Assembly (NCBI GenBank): GCA_964016885.1
Contig: OZ024753.1
Location: 23,312,001 to 23,376,000 of the forward strand
Direction: 5' to 3'
Source of the DNA: Eledone cirrhosa
Taxonomy: Eukaryota
Length of the DNA stretch: 64,000 bases
Below the pieces are notes generated by a model that saw nothing but the letters and a program-made list of their open reading frames with translations, was not told where the DNA came from and did not search any database. The position numbers and the translations under genes are program-made. How positions within the stretch are numbered: position 1 is the stretch's first letter; each line of letters begins with the position of its first letter. This document shows, piece after piece, positions 44,661 to 60,130 of this stretch.

Positions 44661-45619
44661 CTCTTTCAACGACAGTCAAATCCCACTCTTTCAATGACAA
44701 TTTCAAACCTACTCTTTCAATGACAATCAAAACCCACTCTTTCAATGACAATGTCAACACCTACACTTTCAATGACAATTTCAAAACCTACCATTTCAAT
44801 AACAGTATAAACACACTTTTTCAATGACAGTCAAAACCCACCTTTTCAATGACAGTCAAAACCCACTTTTTCAATGACAGTCAAAACCCACTCTTTCAAT
44901 GACAGTCAAATCCCTCTCGTTCAATGACAGTGTCAAAACCCACTCTTTCAACGACAGTCAAATCCCACTCTTTCAATGACAATTTCAAACCTACTCTTTC
45001 AATGACAATCAAAACCCACTCTTTCAATGACAATGTCAACACCTACACTTTCAATGACAATTTCAAAACCTACCATTTCAATAACAGTATAAACACACTT
45101 TTTCAATGACAGTCAAAACCCACCTTTTCAATGACAGTCAAAACCCACTTTTTCAATGACAGTCAAAACCCACTCTTTCAATGACAGTCAAACCCACTAT
45201 TTCAATGTTAGCCAAAACCCACTCTTTCAATGTCAGCCAAAACCCACTCTTTCAATGACAATGTCAAACCTACTCTTTCAATGACAGTCAAAAACCCACT
45301 TTTTCAATGACAGCCAATACCCACTCTTTCAATGACAATGTCAAAACCCACTTTTTCAATGACAGTCAAAACCCACTCTTTCAATGACAATGTTAAAACC
45401 CACTCTCTCAATGATAATGTCAAAACCTACTCTTTCAATGACAGTCAAAACCCACTCTTTCAATGATAGTCAAAAGCCACTATTTCAATGAAAATGTCAA
45501 AACCGACTCTTTCAATGACAATGTCAAAACCCACTCTTTCAATGACAGTCAAAACCTACTCTTTCAATGACAGTCAAAACCCACTCTTTCAATGACAGTC
45601 AAAAGCCACTATTTCAATG

Positions 45620-48600
45620 AAAATGTCAAAACCGACTCTTTCAACGACAGTCAAATCCCACTCTTTCAATGACAATTTCAAACCTACTCTTTCAATGACA
45701 ATCAAAACCCACTCTTTCAATGAAAATGTCAACACCTACACTTTCAATGACAATTTCAAAACCTACCATTTCAATAACAGTATAAACACACTTTTTCAAT
45801 GACAGTCAAAAGCCACTCTTTCAATGACAGTCAAAACCCAATATTTCAAGGACAATGTCAAAACTCACTCTTTCAATGACAGTCAAAACCCACTATTTCA
45901 ATGACAATGTCAAAACTCACTCTTTCAATGACAGTCAAAACCTACTCTTTCAATGTCAGCCAAAACCCACTCTTTCAATGACAATGTCAAAACCCACTCT
46001 TTCAATGACAATGTCAAGACCTACTCTTTCAATGACAGTCAAAACCCACTCTTTAAATGACAGTCAAACCCCACTCTTTCAATGACAGTCAAAAACCCAC
46101 TCTTTCAATGACACCCAAAACCCACTCTTTCAATGACAATGTCAAAACCCACTTTTTCAATGAAAATGTCAAAACCGACTCTTTCAATGTCAATGTCAAA
46201 ACCCACTCTTTCAATGACAGTCAAAATCCACTCTTTCAATGAATCTCAAAACTCACTCTTTCAATGACAGCCAACACCAACTCTTTCAATGACGATGTCA
46301 AATCCCACTCTTTCAATGACAATGGCAAAGCCTACTCTTTCAATGACAGTCGAAACCACTCTTTCAATGACAATGTCAAAACCCACTATTTCAATGACAA
46401 TTGCAAAACCCACTCTTTCAATGACAATGTCAAAATCCACTCTTTCAATGACAACCAAAACCCACTCTTTCAATGACAGTCAAAACCCACTCTTTCAATG
46501 ACACTCAAAACCCACTCTTTCAATGACAGCCAAAACTCACTCTTTCAATGACAATGTCAAAACCCACTCTTTCAATGACAATGTCAAAACTCACACTTTC
46601 AATGACAGTCGAAACCCACTCTTTCAATGACAGTTAAAACCCACTCGTTCAATGACAATGTCAAAACCCACTCTTTCAATGACAGTCAAAACCCACTCTT
46701 TCAATGTCAGCCAAAACCCACTCTTTCAATGACAATGTCAAAACCCACTCTTTCAATGACAATGTCAAAACCTACTCTTTCAATGACAGTTAAAACCCAC
46801 TCTTTAAATGAGAGTCAAACCCCACTCATTCAATGAGAGTCAAAAACCCACTCTTTCAATGACAGCCAAAACCCACTCTTTCAATGACAATGTCAAAACC
46901 CACTTTTTAAATGACAATGTCAAAACCCACTCTTTCAATGACAGTCAAAACCCACTCTTTCAATGACAATGTTAAAACCCACTCTCTCAATGATAATGTC
47001 AAAACCTACTCTTTCAATGACAGTCAAAACCCACTCTTTCAATGATAGTCAAAAGCAACTATTTCAATAAAAATGTCAAAACCGACTCTTTCAATGACAA
47101 TGTCAAAACCCACTCTTTCAACGACAGTCAAATCCCACTCTTTCAATGACAATTTCAAACCTACTCTTTCAATGACAATCAAACCCACTCTTTCAATGAA
47201 AATGTCAACACCTACACTTTCAATGACAATTTCAAAACCTACCATTTCAATAACAGTATAAACACACTTTTTCAATGACAGTCAAAAGCCACTCTTTCAA
47301 TGACAGTCAAAACCCAATATTTCAAGGACAATGTCAAAACTCACTCTTTCAATGACAGTCAAAACCCACTATTTCAATGACAATGTCAAACCTCACTCTT
47401 TCAATGACAGTCAAAACCTACTCTTTCAATGTCAGCCAAAACCCACTCTTTCAATGACAATGTCAAAACCCACTCTTTCAATGACAATGTCAAGACCTAC
47501 TCTTTCAATGACAGTCAAAACCCACTCTTTAAATGACAGTCAAACCCCACTCTTTCAATGACAGTCAAAAACCCACTCTTTCAATGACACCCAAAACCCA
47601 CTCTTTCAATGACAATGTCAAAACCCACTTTTTCAATGAAAATGTCAAAACCGACTCTTTCAATGTCAATGTCAAAACCCACTCTTTCAATGACAGTCAA
47701 AATCCACTCTTTCAATGAATTTCAAAACTCACTCTTTCAATGACAGCCAACACCAACTCTTTCAATGACGATGTCAAATCCCACTCGTTCAATGACAATG
47801 GCAAAGCCTACTCTTTCAATGACAGTCGAAACCACTCTTTCAATGACAATGTCAAAACCCACTATTTCAATGACAATTGCAAAACCCACTCTTTCAATGA
47901 CAATGTCAAAATCCACTCTTTCAATGACAACCAAAACCCACTCTTTCAATGACAGTCAAAACCCACTCTTTCAATGACACTCAAAACCCACTCTTTCAAT
48001 GACAGCCAAAACTCACTCTTTCAATGACAATGTCAAAACCCACTCTTTCAATGACAATGTCAAAACTCACACTTTCAATGACAGTCGAAACCCACTCTTT
48101 CAATGACAGTTAAAACCCACTCGTTCAATGACAATGTCAAAACCCACTCTTTCAATGACAGTCAAAACCCACTCTTTCAATGTCAGCCAAAACCCACTCT
48201 TTCAATGACAATGTCAAAACCCACTCTTTCAATGACAATGTCAAAACCTACTCTTTCAATGACAGTTAAAACCCACTCTTTAAATGAGAGTCAAACCCCA
48301 CTCATTCAATGAGAGTCAAAAACCCACTCTTTCAATGACAGCCAAAACCCACTCTTTCAATGACAATGTCAAAACCCACTTTTTCAATGACAATGTCAAA
48401 ACCCACTCTTTCAATGACAGTCAAAACCCACTCTTTCAATGACAATGTTAAAACCCACTCTCTCAATGATAATGTCAAAACCTACTCTTTCAATGACAGT
48501 CAAAACCCACTCTTTCAATGATAGTCAAAAGCCACTATTTCAATGAAAATGTCAAAACCGACTCTTTCAATGACAATGTCAAAACCCACTCTTTCAACGA

Positions 48601-50020
48601 CAGTCAAATCCCACTCTTTCAATGACAATTTCAAACCTACTCTTTCAATGACAATCAAACCCACTCTTTCAATGAAAATGTCAACACCTACACTTTCAAT
48701 GACAATTTCAAAACCTACCATTTCAATAACAGTATAAACACACTTTTTCAATGACAGTCAAAAGCCACTCTTTCAATGACAGTCAAAACCCAATATTTCA
48801 AGGACAATGTCAAAACTCACTCTTTCAATGACAGTCAAAACCCACTATTTCAATGACAATGTCAAACCTCACTCTTTCAATGACAGTCAAAACCTACTCT
48901 TTCAATGTCAGCCAAAACCCACTCTTTCAATGACAATGTCAAAACCCAATTTTTCAATGACAATGTCAAGACCTACTCTTTCAATGCCAGTCAAAACCCA
49001 CTCTTTAAATGACAGTCAAACCCCACTCTTTCAATGACAGTCAAAAACCCACTCTTTCAATGACACCCAAAACCCACTCTTTCAATGACTATGTCAAAAC
49101 CCACTTTTTCAATGAAAATGTCAAAACCGACTCTTTCAATGTCAATGTCAAAACCCACTCTTTCAATGACAGTCAAAATCCACTCTTTCAATGAATCTCA
49201 AAACTCACTCTTTCAATGACAGCCAACACCAACTCTTTCAATGACGATGTCAAAACCCACTCTTTCAATGACAATGTCAAAACCCACTATTTCAATGACA
49301 ATGTCAAAACCCACTCTTTCAATGACAATGTCAAAACCTACTCTTTCAATGACTGTCAAAATCCACTCTTTCAATGACAACCAAAACCCACTCTTTCAAT
49401 GACAGTCAAAACCCACTCTTTCAATGACACTCAAAACCCACTCTTTCAATGACAGCCAAAACTCACTCTTTCAATGACAATGTCAAAACCCACTCTTTCA
49501 ATGACAATGTCAAAACTCACACTTTCAACGACAGTCGAAACCCACTCTTTCAATGACAGTTAAAACCCACTCGTTCAATGACAATGTCAAAACCCACTCT
49601 TTCAATGACAGTCAAAACCCACTCTTTCAATGTCAGCCAAAACCCACTCTTTCAATGACAATGTCAAAACCCACTCTTTCAATGTCAATGTCAAAACCTA
49701 CTCTTTCAATGACAGTTAAAACCCACTCTTTAAATGAGAGTCAAACCCCACTCATTCAATGAGAGTCAAAAACCCACTCTTTCAATGACAGCCAAAACCC
49801 ACTCTTTCAATGACAATGTCAAAACCCACTTTTTCAATGACACTGTCAAAACCCACTCTTTCAATGACAGTCAAAACCCACTCTTTCAATGACAATGTTA
49901 AAACCCACTCTCTCAATGACAATGTCAAAACCTACTCTTTCAATGACAGTCAAAACCCACTCTTTCAATGACAGTCAAAAGCCACTATTTCAAAGAAAAT
50001 GTCAAAACCGACTCTTTCAA
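45620..50020. repeat. 1476-bp derivative of the 1604-bp HOR, about 3 copies (last ~1450)
   Basis: ORF spacing 45855/47331/48807, 46261/47737 and 47039/48515 (1476), and 48103/49553 (1450). A few substitutions separate the copies. Confidence 0.9.
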
Positions 50021-51179
50021 TGACAATGTCAAACCCCACTCCTTCAATAACAGTCAAACCCCAATATTTCAATAACAGTCAAAACCTACTCTTTCAATGA
50101 CAGCCAAATCCCACTCTTTCCATGACAATGTCAAAATCCACTCTTTCAATGACAGTCAAAACCCACTCTTTCAATGACAGTCAGAACCCACTCTTTCAAT
50201 GACAGTCAAAACCCACTCTTTCAATGACAATGTTAAAACCCACTCTTTCAATGACAATGTCAAATCCTACTGTTTCAATGACAATGTCAAAACCCACTAC
50301 TTCAATGACAATGTCAAAACCCACTCTTTCAATGACAGTCAAAACCCACTCTTTCAATGACAATGTCAAAACCCACTCTTTCAATGACAATGTCAAAACC
50401 TACTCTTTCAATGACAGTCAAAACCCTCTCTTCCAATGACAGTCAAAACCCACTCTTTCAATGACAGCCAAAACCCACTCTTTCAATGACACTCAAAACC
50501 CACTCTTTCAATGACAGCCAAAACCAACTCTTTCAATGACAATGTCAAAACCCACTCTTTCAATGACAATGGCAAAGCCTACTCTTTCAATGACAGTCGA
50601 AACCACTCTTTCAATGACTGTCAAAACCCACTCATTCAATCACAATGTCAAAAGCCACTCTTTCAATGACAGTCAAAACCCACTCTTTCAATGACAATGT
50701 CAAAACCTACTCTTTCAATGACAGTCAAAATCCACTCTTTCAATGACAACCAAAACCCACTCTTTCAATGACAGTCAAAACCCACTCTTTCAATGACACT
50801 CAAAACCCACTCTTTCAATGACAGCCAAAACGCACTCTTTCAATGACAATGTCAAAACCCACTCTTTCAATGACAATGTCAAAACTCACACTTTCAATGA
50901 CATTCGAAACCCACTCTTTCAATGACAGTTAAAACCCACTCGTTCAATGACTATGTCAAAAGCCACTCTTTCAATGACAGTCAAACCCCACTCTTTCAAT
51001 GACAATGTCAAAAACCACTCTTTCAATGGCAGTCAAAACCCACTCTTTCAATGAAAATGTTAAAACCCACTCTCTCAATGACAATGTCAAAACCTACTCT
51101 TTCAATGACAGTCAAAATCCACTATTTCAATGACAGTAAAAACCCACTCTTTCAATGACAATCAAAACCCACTCGTTCA

Positions 51180-54100
51180 ATAACAGTGTCAAAACCCACT
51201 CTTTCAACGACAGTCAAATCCCACTCTTTCAATGACAATTTCAAACCTACTCTTTCAATGACAATCAAAACCCACTCTTTCAATGACAATGTCAACACCT
51301 ACACTTTCAATGACAATTTCAAAACCTACCATTTCAATAACAGTATAAACACACTTTTTCAATGACAGTCAAAACCCACTTTTTCAATGACAGTCAAAAC
51401 CCACTCTTTCAATGACAGTCAAAACCCACTATTTCAATGACAATGTCAAAACTCACTCTTTCAATGACAGTCAAAACCCACTATTTCAATGACAATGTCA
51501 AAACTCACTCTTTCAATGACAGTCAAAACCTACTCTTTCAATGTCAGCCAAAACCCACTCTTTCAATGACAATGTCAAAACCCACTTTTTCAATGACAGT
51601 GTCAAGACCTACTCTTTCAATGACAGTCAAAACCCACTCTTTAAATGACAGTCAAACCCCACTCTTTCAATGACAGTCAAAAACCCACTCTTTCAATGAC
51701 ACCCAAAACCCACTCTTTCAATGACAATGTCAAAACCCACTTTTTCAATGAAAATGTCAAAACCGACTCTTTCAATGACAGTCAAAACCCACTCTTTCAA
51801 TGACAGCCAAAACCCACTCTTTCACTGACAATGTCAAAACCCACTTTTTCAATGTCAATGTCAAAATCTACTCTTTCAATGACAGTTAAAACCCACTCTT
51901 CCAATGACAGTCAAAACCCACTCTTTCAATGACACGCATAACCCACTCTTTCAATGACAGCCAAAACCAACTCATTCAACGACAATGTCAAAACCAACTC
52001 TTTCAATGACAATGGCAAAGCCTACTCTTTCAATGACAGACAAAACCACTCTTTCAATGACTGTCAAAACCGACTCGTTCAATCACAATGTCAAAACCCA
52101 CTCTTTCAATGACAGTCAAAACCCACTCTTTCAATGACAATGTCAAAACCCACTCTTTCAATGACAATGTCAAAACCTACTCTTTCAATGACAGTCAAAA
52201 TCCACTCTTTCAATGAGAACCAAAACCCACTCTTTCAATGACAGTCAAAACCCACTCTTTCAATGACACTCAAAACCCACTCTTTCAATGACAGCCAAAA
52301 CCCACTCTTTCAATGACAATGTCAAAACCCACTCTTTCAATGACAATGTCAAAACTCACACTTTCAATGACAATGTTAAAACCCACTCTCTCAATGACAA
52401 TGTCAAAACCTACTCTTTCAATGACAGTCAAAATCCACTATTTCAATGACAGTAAAAACCCACTCTTTCAATGACAATGTCAAATCCCACTCTTTCAATG
52501 ACAATCAAAACCCACTCTTTCAATGACGATGTCGAAACCCACTCTTTCAATGACAGTCAAAACCCATTCTTTCAATGACACTGTCAAAACCCACTCTTTC
52601 AATGACAGCCAAAACCCACTCTTTCAATGACCGTCAAAACCTACTCTTTCAATGACAGCCGAAACCCAATCTTTCAATGACAAGCCAATCCCACTCTTTC
52701 AATGACGATATCAAAGCCTACTCTTTCAATGACAGTCAAATCCCTCTCGTTCAATGACAGTGTCAAAACCCACTCTTTCAACGACAGTCAAATCCCACTC
52801 TTTCAATGACAATTTCAAACCTACTCTTTCAATGACAATCAAAACCCACTCTTTCAATGACAATGTCAACACCTACATTTTCAATGACAATTTCAAAACG
52901 TACCATTTCAATAACAGTATAAACACACTTTTTCAATGACAGTCAAACCCACTATTTCAATGACAATATCAAAACCCACTCTTTCAATGACAGTCAAAAC
53001 CCACTCTTTCAATGACAATGTCAAAACCCACTCTTTCAATGACAATGTCAAAACCTACTCTTTCAATGACAATCAAAACCCACTCTTCCAATGACAGTCA
53101 AAACCCACTCTTTCAATGACAGTCAAAACCCACTCTTTCAATGACACTCAAAACCCACTCTTTCAATGACAGCCAAAACCAACTCTTTCAATGACAATGT
53201 CAAAACCCACTCTTTCAATGACAATGGCAAAGCCTACTCTTTCAATGACAGTCGAAACCACTCTTTCAATGACTGTCAAAACCCACTCGTTCAATCACAA
53301 TGTCAAAAGCCACTCTTTCAATGATAGTCAAAACCCACTCTTTCAATGACAATGTCAAAACCTACTCTTTCAATGACAGTCAAAATCCACTCTTTCAATG
53401 ACAACCAAAACCCACTCTTTCAATGACAGTCAAAATCCACTCTTTCAATGACACTCAAAACCCACTCTTTCAATGACAGCCAAAACGCACTCTTTCAATG
53501 ACAATGTCAAAACCCACTCTTTCAATGACAATGTCAAAACTTACACTTTCAATGACATTCGAAACCCACTCTTTCAATGACAGTTAAAACTCACTCGTTC
53601 AATGACAATGTCAAAAGCCACTCTTTCAATGACAGTCAAAACCCACTCTTTCAATGACAATGTCAAAAACCACTCTTTCAATGGCAGTCAAAACCCACTC
53701 TTTCAATGAAAATGTTTAAACCCACTCTCTCAATGACAATGTCAAAAACCTACTCTTTCAATGACAGTCAAAATCCACTATTTCAATGACAGTAAAAACC
53801 CACTCTTTCAATGACAGTCAACACCCACTCTTTCAATGACAATCAAAACCCACTCGTTCAATAACAGTGTCAAATCCCACTCTTTCAATGACAATTTCAA
53901 ACCTACTCTTTCAATGACAATCAAAACCCACTCTTTCAATGACATTGTCAAAGCCTACTCTTTCAATGACAGTCAAATCCCTCTCGTTCAATAACAGTGT
54001 CAAAACCCACTCTTTCAACGACAGTCAAATCCCACTCTTTCAATGACAATTTCAAACCTACTCTTTCAATGACAATCAAAACCCACTCTTTCAATGACAA

Positions 54101-57100
54101 TGTCAACACCTACACTTTCAATGACAATTTCAAAACCTACCATTTCAATAACAGTATAAACACACTTTTTCAATGACAGTCAAAACCCACTTTTTCAATG
54201 ACAGTCAAAACCCACTCTTTCAATGACAGTCAAAACCCACTATTTAAATGACAATGTCAAAACTCACTCTTTCAATGACAGTCAAAACTCACTCTTTCAA
54301 TGACAGTCAAAACCTACTCTTTCAATGTCAGCCAAAACCCACTCTTTCAATGACAATGTCAAAACCCACTCTTTCAATGACAATGTCAAGACCTACTCTT
54401 TCAATGACTGTCAAAACCCACTCTTTAAATGACAGTCAAACCCCACTCTTTCAATGACAGTCAAAAACCCACTCATTCAATGACACCCAAAACCCACTCT
54501 TTCAATGACAATGTCAAAACCCACTTTTTCAATGAAAATGTCAAAACCGACTCTTTCAATGACAATGTCAAAACCCACTCTTTCAATGACGTTGTCAAAA
54601 CCCACTCTTTCAATGACACTGTCAAAACCTTCTCTTTCAATGACAGTCAAAACAAACTCTTTCAATGACAGTCAAACCCCACTCCTTCAATGACAGTCAA
54701 AACCCAATCTTTCAAGAACAGTCAAAACCTACTCTTTCAATGACAGCTAAATCCCACTCTTTCAATGACAATGTCAAAATCCACTCTTTCAATGACAATG
54801 TCAAAACCAACTCTTTCAATGACAATCAAAAGCCACTCTTTCAATGACAGTCAAAACCCACTCTTTCAATGACAGTCAGAACCCACTCTTTCAATGACAG
54901 TCAAAACCCACTCTTTCAGTGACAATGTCATAACCCACTATTTCAAAGACAGTCAAAACCCACTCTTTCAATGACACTCAAAACCCACTCTTTCAATGAC
55001 AGCCAAAACGCACTCTTTCAATGACAATGTCAAAACCCACTCTTTCAATGACAATGTCAAAACTTACACTTTCAATGACATTCGAAACCCACTCTTTCAA
55101 TGACAGTTAAAACTCACTCGTTCAATGACAATGTCAAAAGCCACTCTTTCAATGACAGTCAAAACCCACTCTTTCAATGACAATGTCAAAAACCACTCTT
55201 TCAATGGCAGTCAAAACCCACTCTTTCAATGAAAATGTTTAAACCCACTCTCTCAATGACAATGTCAAAAACCTACTCTTTCAATGACAGTCAAAATCCA
55301 CTATTTCAATGACAGTAAAAACCCACTCTTTCAATGACAGTCAACACCCACTCTTTCAATGACAATCAAAACCCACTCGTTCAATAACAGTGTCAAATCC
55401 CACTCTTTCAATGACAATTTCAAACCTACTCTTTCAATGACAATCAAAACCCACTCTTTCAATGACATTGTCAAAGCCTACTCTTTCAATGACAGTCAAA
55501 TCCCTCTCGTTCAATAACAGTGTCAAAACCCACTCTTTCAACGACAGTCAAATCCCACTCTTTCAATGACAATTTCAAACCTACTCTTTCAATGACAATC
55601 AAAACCCACTCTTTCAATGACAATGTCAACACCTACACTTTCAATGACAATTTCAAAACCTACCATTTCAATAACAGTATAAACACACTTTTTCAATGAC
55701 AGTCAAAACCCACTTTTTCAATGACAGTCAAAACCCACTCTTTCAATGACAGTCAAAACCCACTATTTAAATGACAATGTCAAAACTCACTCTTTCAATG
55801 ACAGTCAAAACCCACTATTTCAATGACAATGTCAAAACTCACTCTTTCAATGACAGTCAAAACCTACTCTTTCAATGTCAGCCAAAACCCACTCTTTCAA
55901 TGACAATGTCAAAACCCACTTTTTCAATGACAGTGTCAAGACCTACTCTTTCAATGACAGTCAAAACCCACTCTTTAAATGACAGTCAAACCCCACTCTT
56001 TCAATGACAGTCAAAAACCCACTCTTTCAATGACACCCAAAACCCACTCTTTCAATGACAATGTCAAAACCCACTTTTTCAATGAAAATGTCAAAACCGA
56101 CTCTTTCAATGACAGTCAAAACCCACTCTTTCAATGACAGCCAAAACCCACTCTTTCACTGACAATGTCAAAACCCACTTTTTCAATGTCAATGTCAAAA
56201 TCTACTCTTTCAATGACAGTTAAAACCCACTCTTCCAATGACAGTCAAAACCCACTCTTTCAATGACACGCATAACCCACTCTTTCAATGACAGCCAAAA
56301 CCAACTCATTCAACGACAATGTCAAAACCCACTCTTTCAATGACAATGGCAAAGCCTACTCTTTCAATGACAGACAAAACCACTCTTTCAATGACTGTCA
56401 AAACCGACTCGTTCAATCACAATGTCAAAACCCACTCTTTCAATGACAGTCAAAACCCACTCTTTCAATGACAATGTCAAAACCCACTCTTTCAATGACA
56501 ATGTCAAAACCTACTCTTTCAATGACAGTCAAAATCCACTCTTTCAATGAGAACCAAAACCCACTCTTTCAATGACAGTCAAAACCCACTCTTTCAATGA
56601 CACTCAAAACCCACTCTTTCAATGACAGCCAAAACCCACTCTTTCAATGACAATGTCAAAACCCACTCTTTCAATGACAATGTCAAAACTCACACTTTCA
56701 ATGACAATGTTAAAACCCACTCTCTCAATGACAATGTCAAAACCTACTCTTTCAATGACAGTCAAAATCCACTATTTCAATGACAGTAAAAACCCACTCT
56801 TTCAATGACAATGTCAAATCCCACTCTTTCAATGACAATCAAAACCCACTCTTTCAATGACGATGTCGAAACCCACTCTTTCAATGACAGTCAAAACCCA
56901 TTCTTTCAATGACACTGTCAAAACCCACTCTTTCAATGACAGCCAAAACCCACTCTTTCAATGACCGTCAAAACCTACTCTTTCAATGACAGCCGAAACC
57001 CACTCTTTCAATGACAAGCCAATCCCACTCTTTCAATGACGATATCAAAGCCTACTCTTTCAATGACAGTCAAATCCCTCTCGTTCAATGACAGTGTCAA

Positions 57101-60100
57101 AACCCACTCTTTCAACGACAGTCAAATCCCACTCTTTCAATGACAATTTCAAACCTACTCTTTCAATGACAATCAAAACCCACTCTTTCAATGACAATGT
57201 CAACACCTACATTTTCAATGACAATTTCAAAACGTACCATTTCAATAACAGTATAAACACACTTTTTCAATGACAGTCAAACCCACTATTTCAATGACAA
57301 TATCAAAACCCACTCTTTCAATGACAGTCAAAACCCACTCTTTCAATGACAATGTCAAAACCCACTCTTTCAATGACAATGTCAAAACCTACTCTTTCAA
57401 TGACAATCAAAACCCACTCTTCCAATGACAGTCAAAACCCACTCTTTCAATGACAGTCAAAACCCACTCTTTCAATGACACTCAAAACCCACTCTTTCAA
57501 TGACAGCCAAAACCAACTCTTTCAATGACAATGTCAAAACCCACTCTTTCAATGACAATGGCAAAGCCTACTCTTTCAATGACAGTCGAAACCACTCTTT
57601 CAATGACTGTCAAAACCCACTCGTTCAATCACAATGTCAAAAGCCACTCTTTCAATGATAGTCAAAACCCACTCTTTCAATGACAATGTCAAAACCTACT
57701 CTTTCAATGACAGTCAAAATCCACTCTTTCAATGACAACCAAAACCCACTCTTTCAATGACAGTCAAAATCCACTCTTTCAATGACACTCAAAACCCACT
57801 CTTTCAATGACAGCCAAAACGCACTCTTTCAATGACAATGTCAAAACCCACTCTTTCAATGACAATGTCAAAACTTACACTTTCAATGACATTCGAAACC
57901 CACTCTTTCAATGACAGTTAAAACTCACTCGTTCAATGACAATGTCAAAAGCCACTCTTTCAATGACAGTCAAAACCCACTCTTTCAATGACAATGTCAA
58001 AAACCACTCTTTCAATGGCAGTCAAAACCCACTCTTTCAATGAAAATGTTTAAACCCACTCTCTCAATGACAATGTCAAAAACCTACTCTTTCAATGACA
58101 GTCAAAATCCACTATTTCAATGACAGTAAAAACCCACTCTTTCAATGACAGTCAACACCCACTCTTTCAATGACAATCAAAACCCACTCGTTCAATAACA
58201 GTGTCAAATCCCACTCTTTCAATGACAATTTCAAACCTACTCTTTCAATGACAATCAAAACCCACTCTTTCAATGACATTGTCAAAGCCTACTCTTTCAA
58301 TGACAGTCAAATCCCTCTCGTTCAATAGCAGTGTCAAAACCCACTCTTTCAACGACAGTCAAATCCCACTCTTTCAATGACAATTTCAAACCTACTCTTT
58401 CAATGACAATCAAAACCCACTCTTTCAATGACAATGTCAACACCTACACTTTCAATGACAATTTCAAAACCTACCATTTCAATAACAGTATAAACACACT
58501 TTTTCAATGACAGTCAAAACCCACTTTTTCAATGACAGTCAAAACCCACTCTTTCAATGACAGTCAAAACCCACTATTTAAATGACAATGTCAAAACTCA
58601 CTCTTTCAATGACAGTCAAAACTCACTCTTTCAATGACAGTCAAAACCTACTCTTTCAATGTCAGCCAAAACCCACTCTTTCAATGACAATGTCAAAACC
58701 CACTCTTTCAATGACAATGTCAAGACCTACTCTTTCAATGACTGTCAAAACCCACTCTTTAAATGACAGTCAAACCCCACTCTTTCAATGACAGTCAAAA
58801 ACCCACTCATTCAATGACACCCAAAACCCACTCTTTCAATGACAATGTCAAAACCCACTTTTTCAATGAAAATGTCAAAACCGACTCTTTCAATGACAAT
58901 GTCAAAACCCACTCTTTCAATGACGTTGTCAAAACCCACTCTTTCAATGACACTGTCAAAACCTTCTCTTTCAATGACAGTCAAAACAAACTCTTTCAAT
59001 GACAGTCAAACCCCACTCCTTCAATGACAGTCAAAACCCAATCTTTCAAGAACAGTCAAAACCTACTCTTTCAATGACAGCTAAATCCCACTCTTTCAAT
59101 GACAATGTCAAAATCCACTCTTTCAATGACAATGTCAAAACCAACTCTTTCAATGACAATCAAAAGCCACTCTTTCAATGACAGTCAAAACCCACTCTTT
59201 CAATGACAGTCAGAACCCACTCTTTCAATGACAGTCAAAACCCACTCTTTCAGTGACAATGTCATAACCCACTATTTCAAAGACAGTCAAAACCCACTCT
59301 TTCAATGACACTCAAAACCCACTCTTTCAATGACAGCCAAAACGCACTCTTTCAATGACAATGTCAAAACCCACTCTTTCAATGACAATGTCAAAACTTA
59401 CACTTTCAATGACATTCGAAACCCACTCTTTCAATGACAGTTAAAACTCACTCGTTCAATGACAATGTCAAAAGCCACTCTTTCAATGACAGTCAAAACC
59501 CACTCTTTCAATGACAATGTCAAAAACCACTCTTTCAATGGCAGTCAAAACCCACTCTTTCAATGAAAATGTTTAAACCCACTCTCTCAATGACAATGTC
59601 AAAAACCTACTCTTTCAATGACAGTCAAAATCCACTATTTCAATGACAGTAAAAACCCACTCTTTCAATGACAGTCAACACCCACTCTTTCAATGACAAT
59701 CAAAACCCACTCGTTCAATAACAGTGTCAAATCCCACTCTTTCAATGACAATTTCAAACCTACTCTTTCAATGACAATCAAAACCCACTCTTTCAATGAC
59801 ATTGTCAAAGCCTACTCTTTCAATGACAGTCAAATCCCTCTCGTTCAATAACAGTGTCAAAACCCACTCTTTCAACGACAGTCAAATCCCACTCTTTCAA
59901 TGACAATTTCAAACCTACTCTTTCAATGACAATCAAAACCCACTCTTTCAATGACAATGTCAACACCTACACTTTCAATGACAATTTCAAAACCTACCAT
60001 TTCAATAACAGTATAAACACACTTTTTCAATGACAGTCAAAACCCACTTTTTCAATGACAGTCAAAACCCACTCTTTCAATGACAGTCAAAACCCACTAT

Positions 60101-60130
60101 TTAAATGACAATGTCAAAACTCACTCTTTC
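51180..60130. repeat. 4334-bp tandem duplication
   Basis: ORF pairs 51437/55771, 52754/57088, 54248/58582 and 54665/58999. Private markers GACACGCATAACCC and AAACGTACCAT are each seen twice. A few SNPs differ (e.g. AATAACA ~53990 vs AATAGCA ~58324). Confidence 0.9.
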
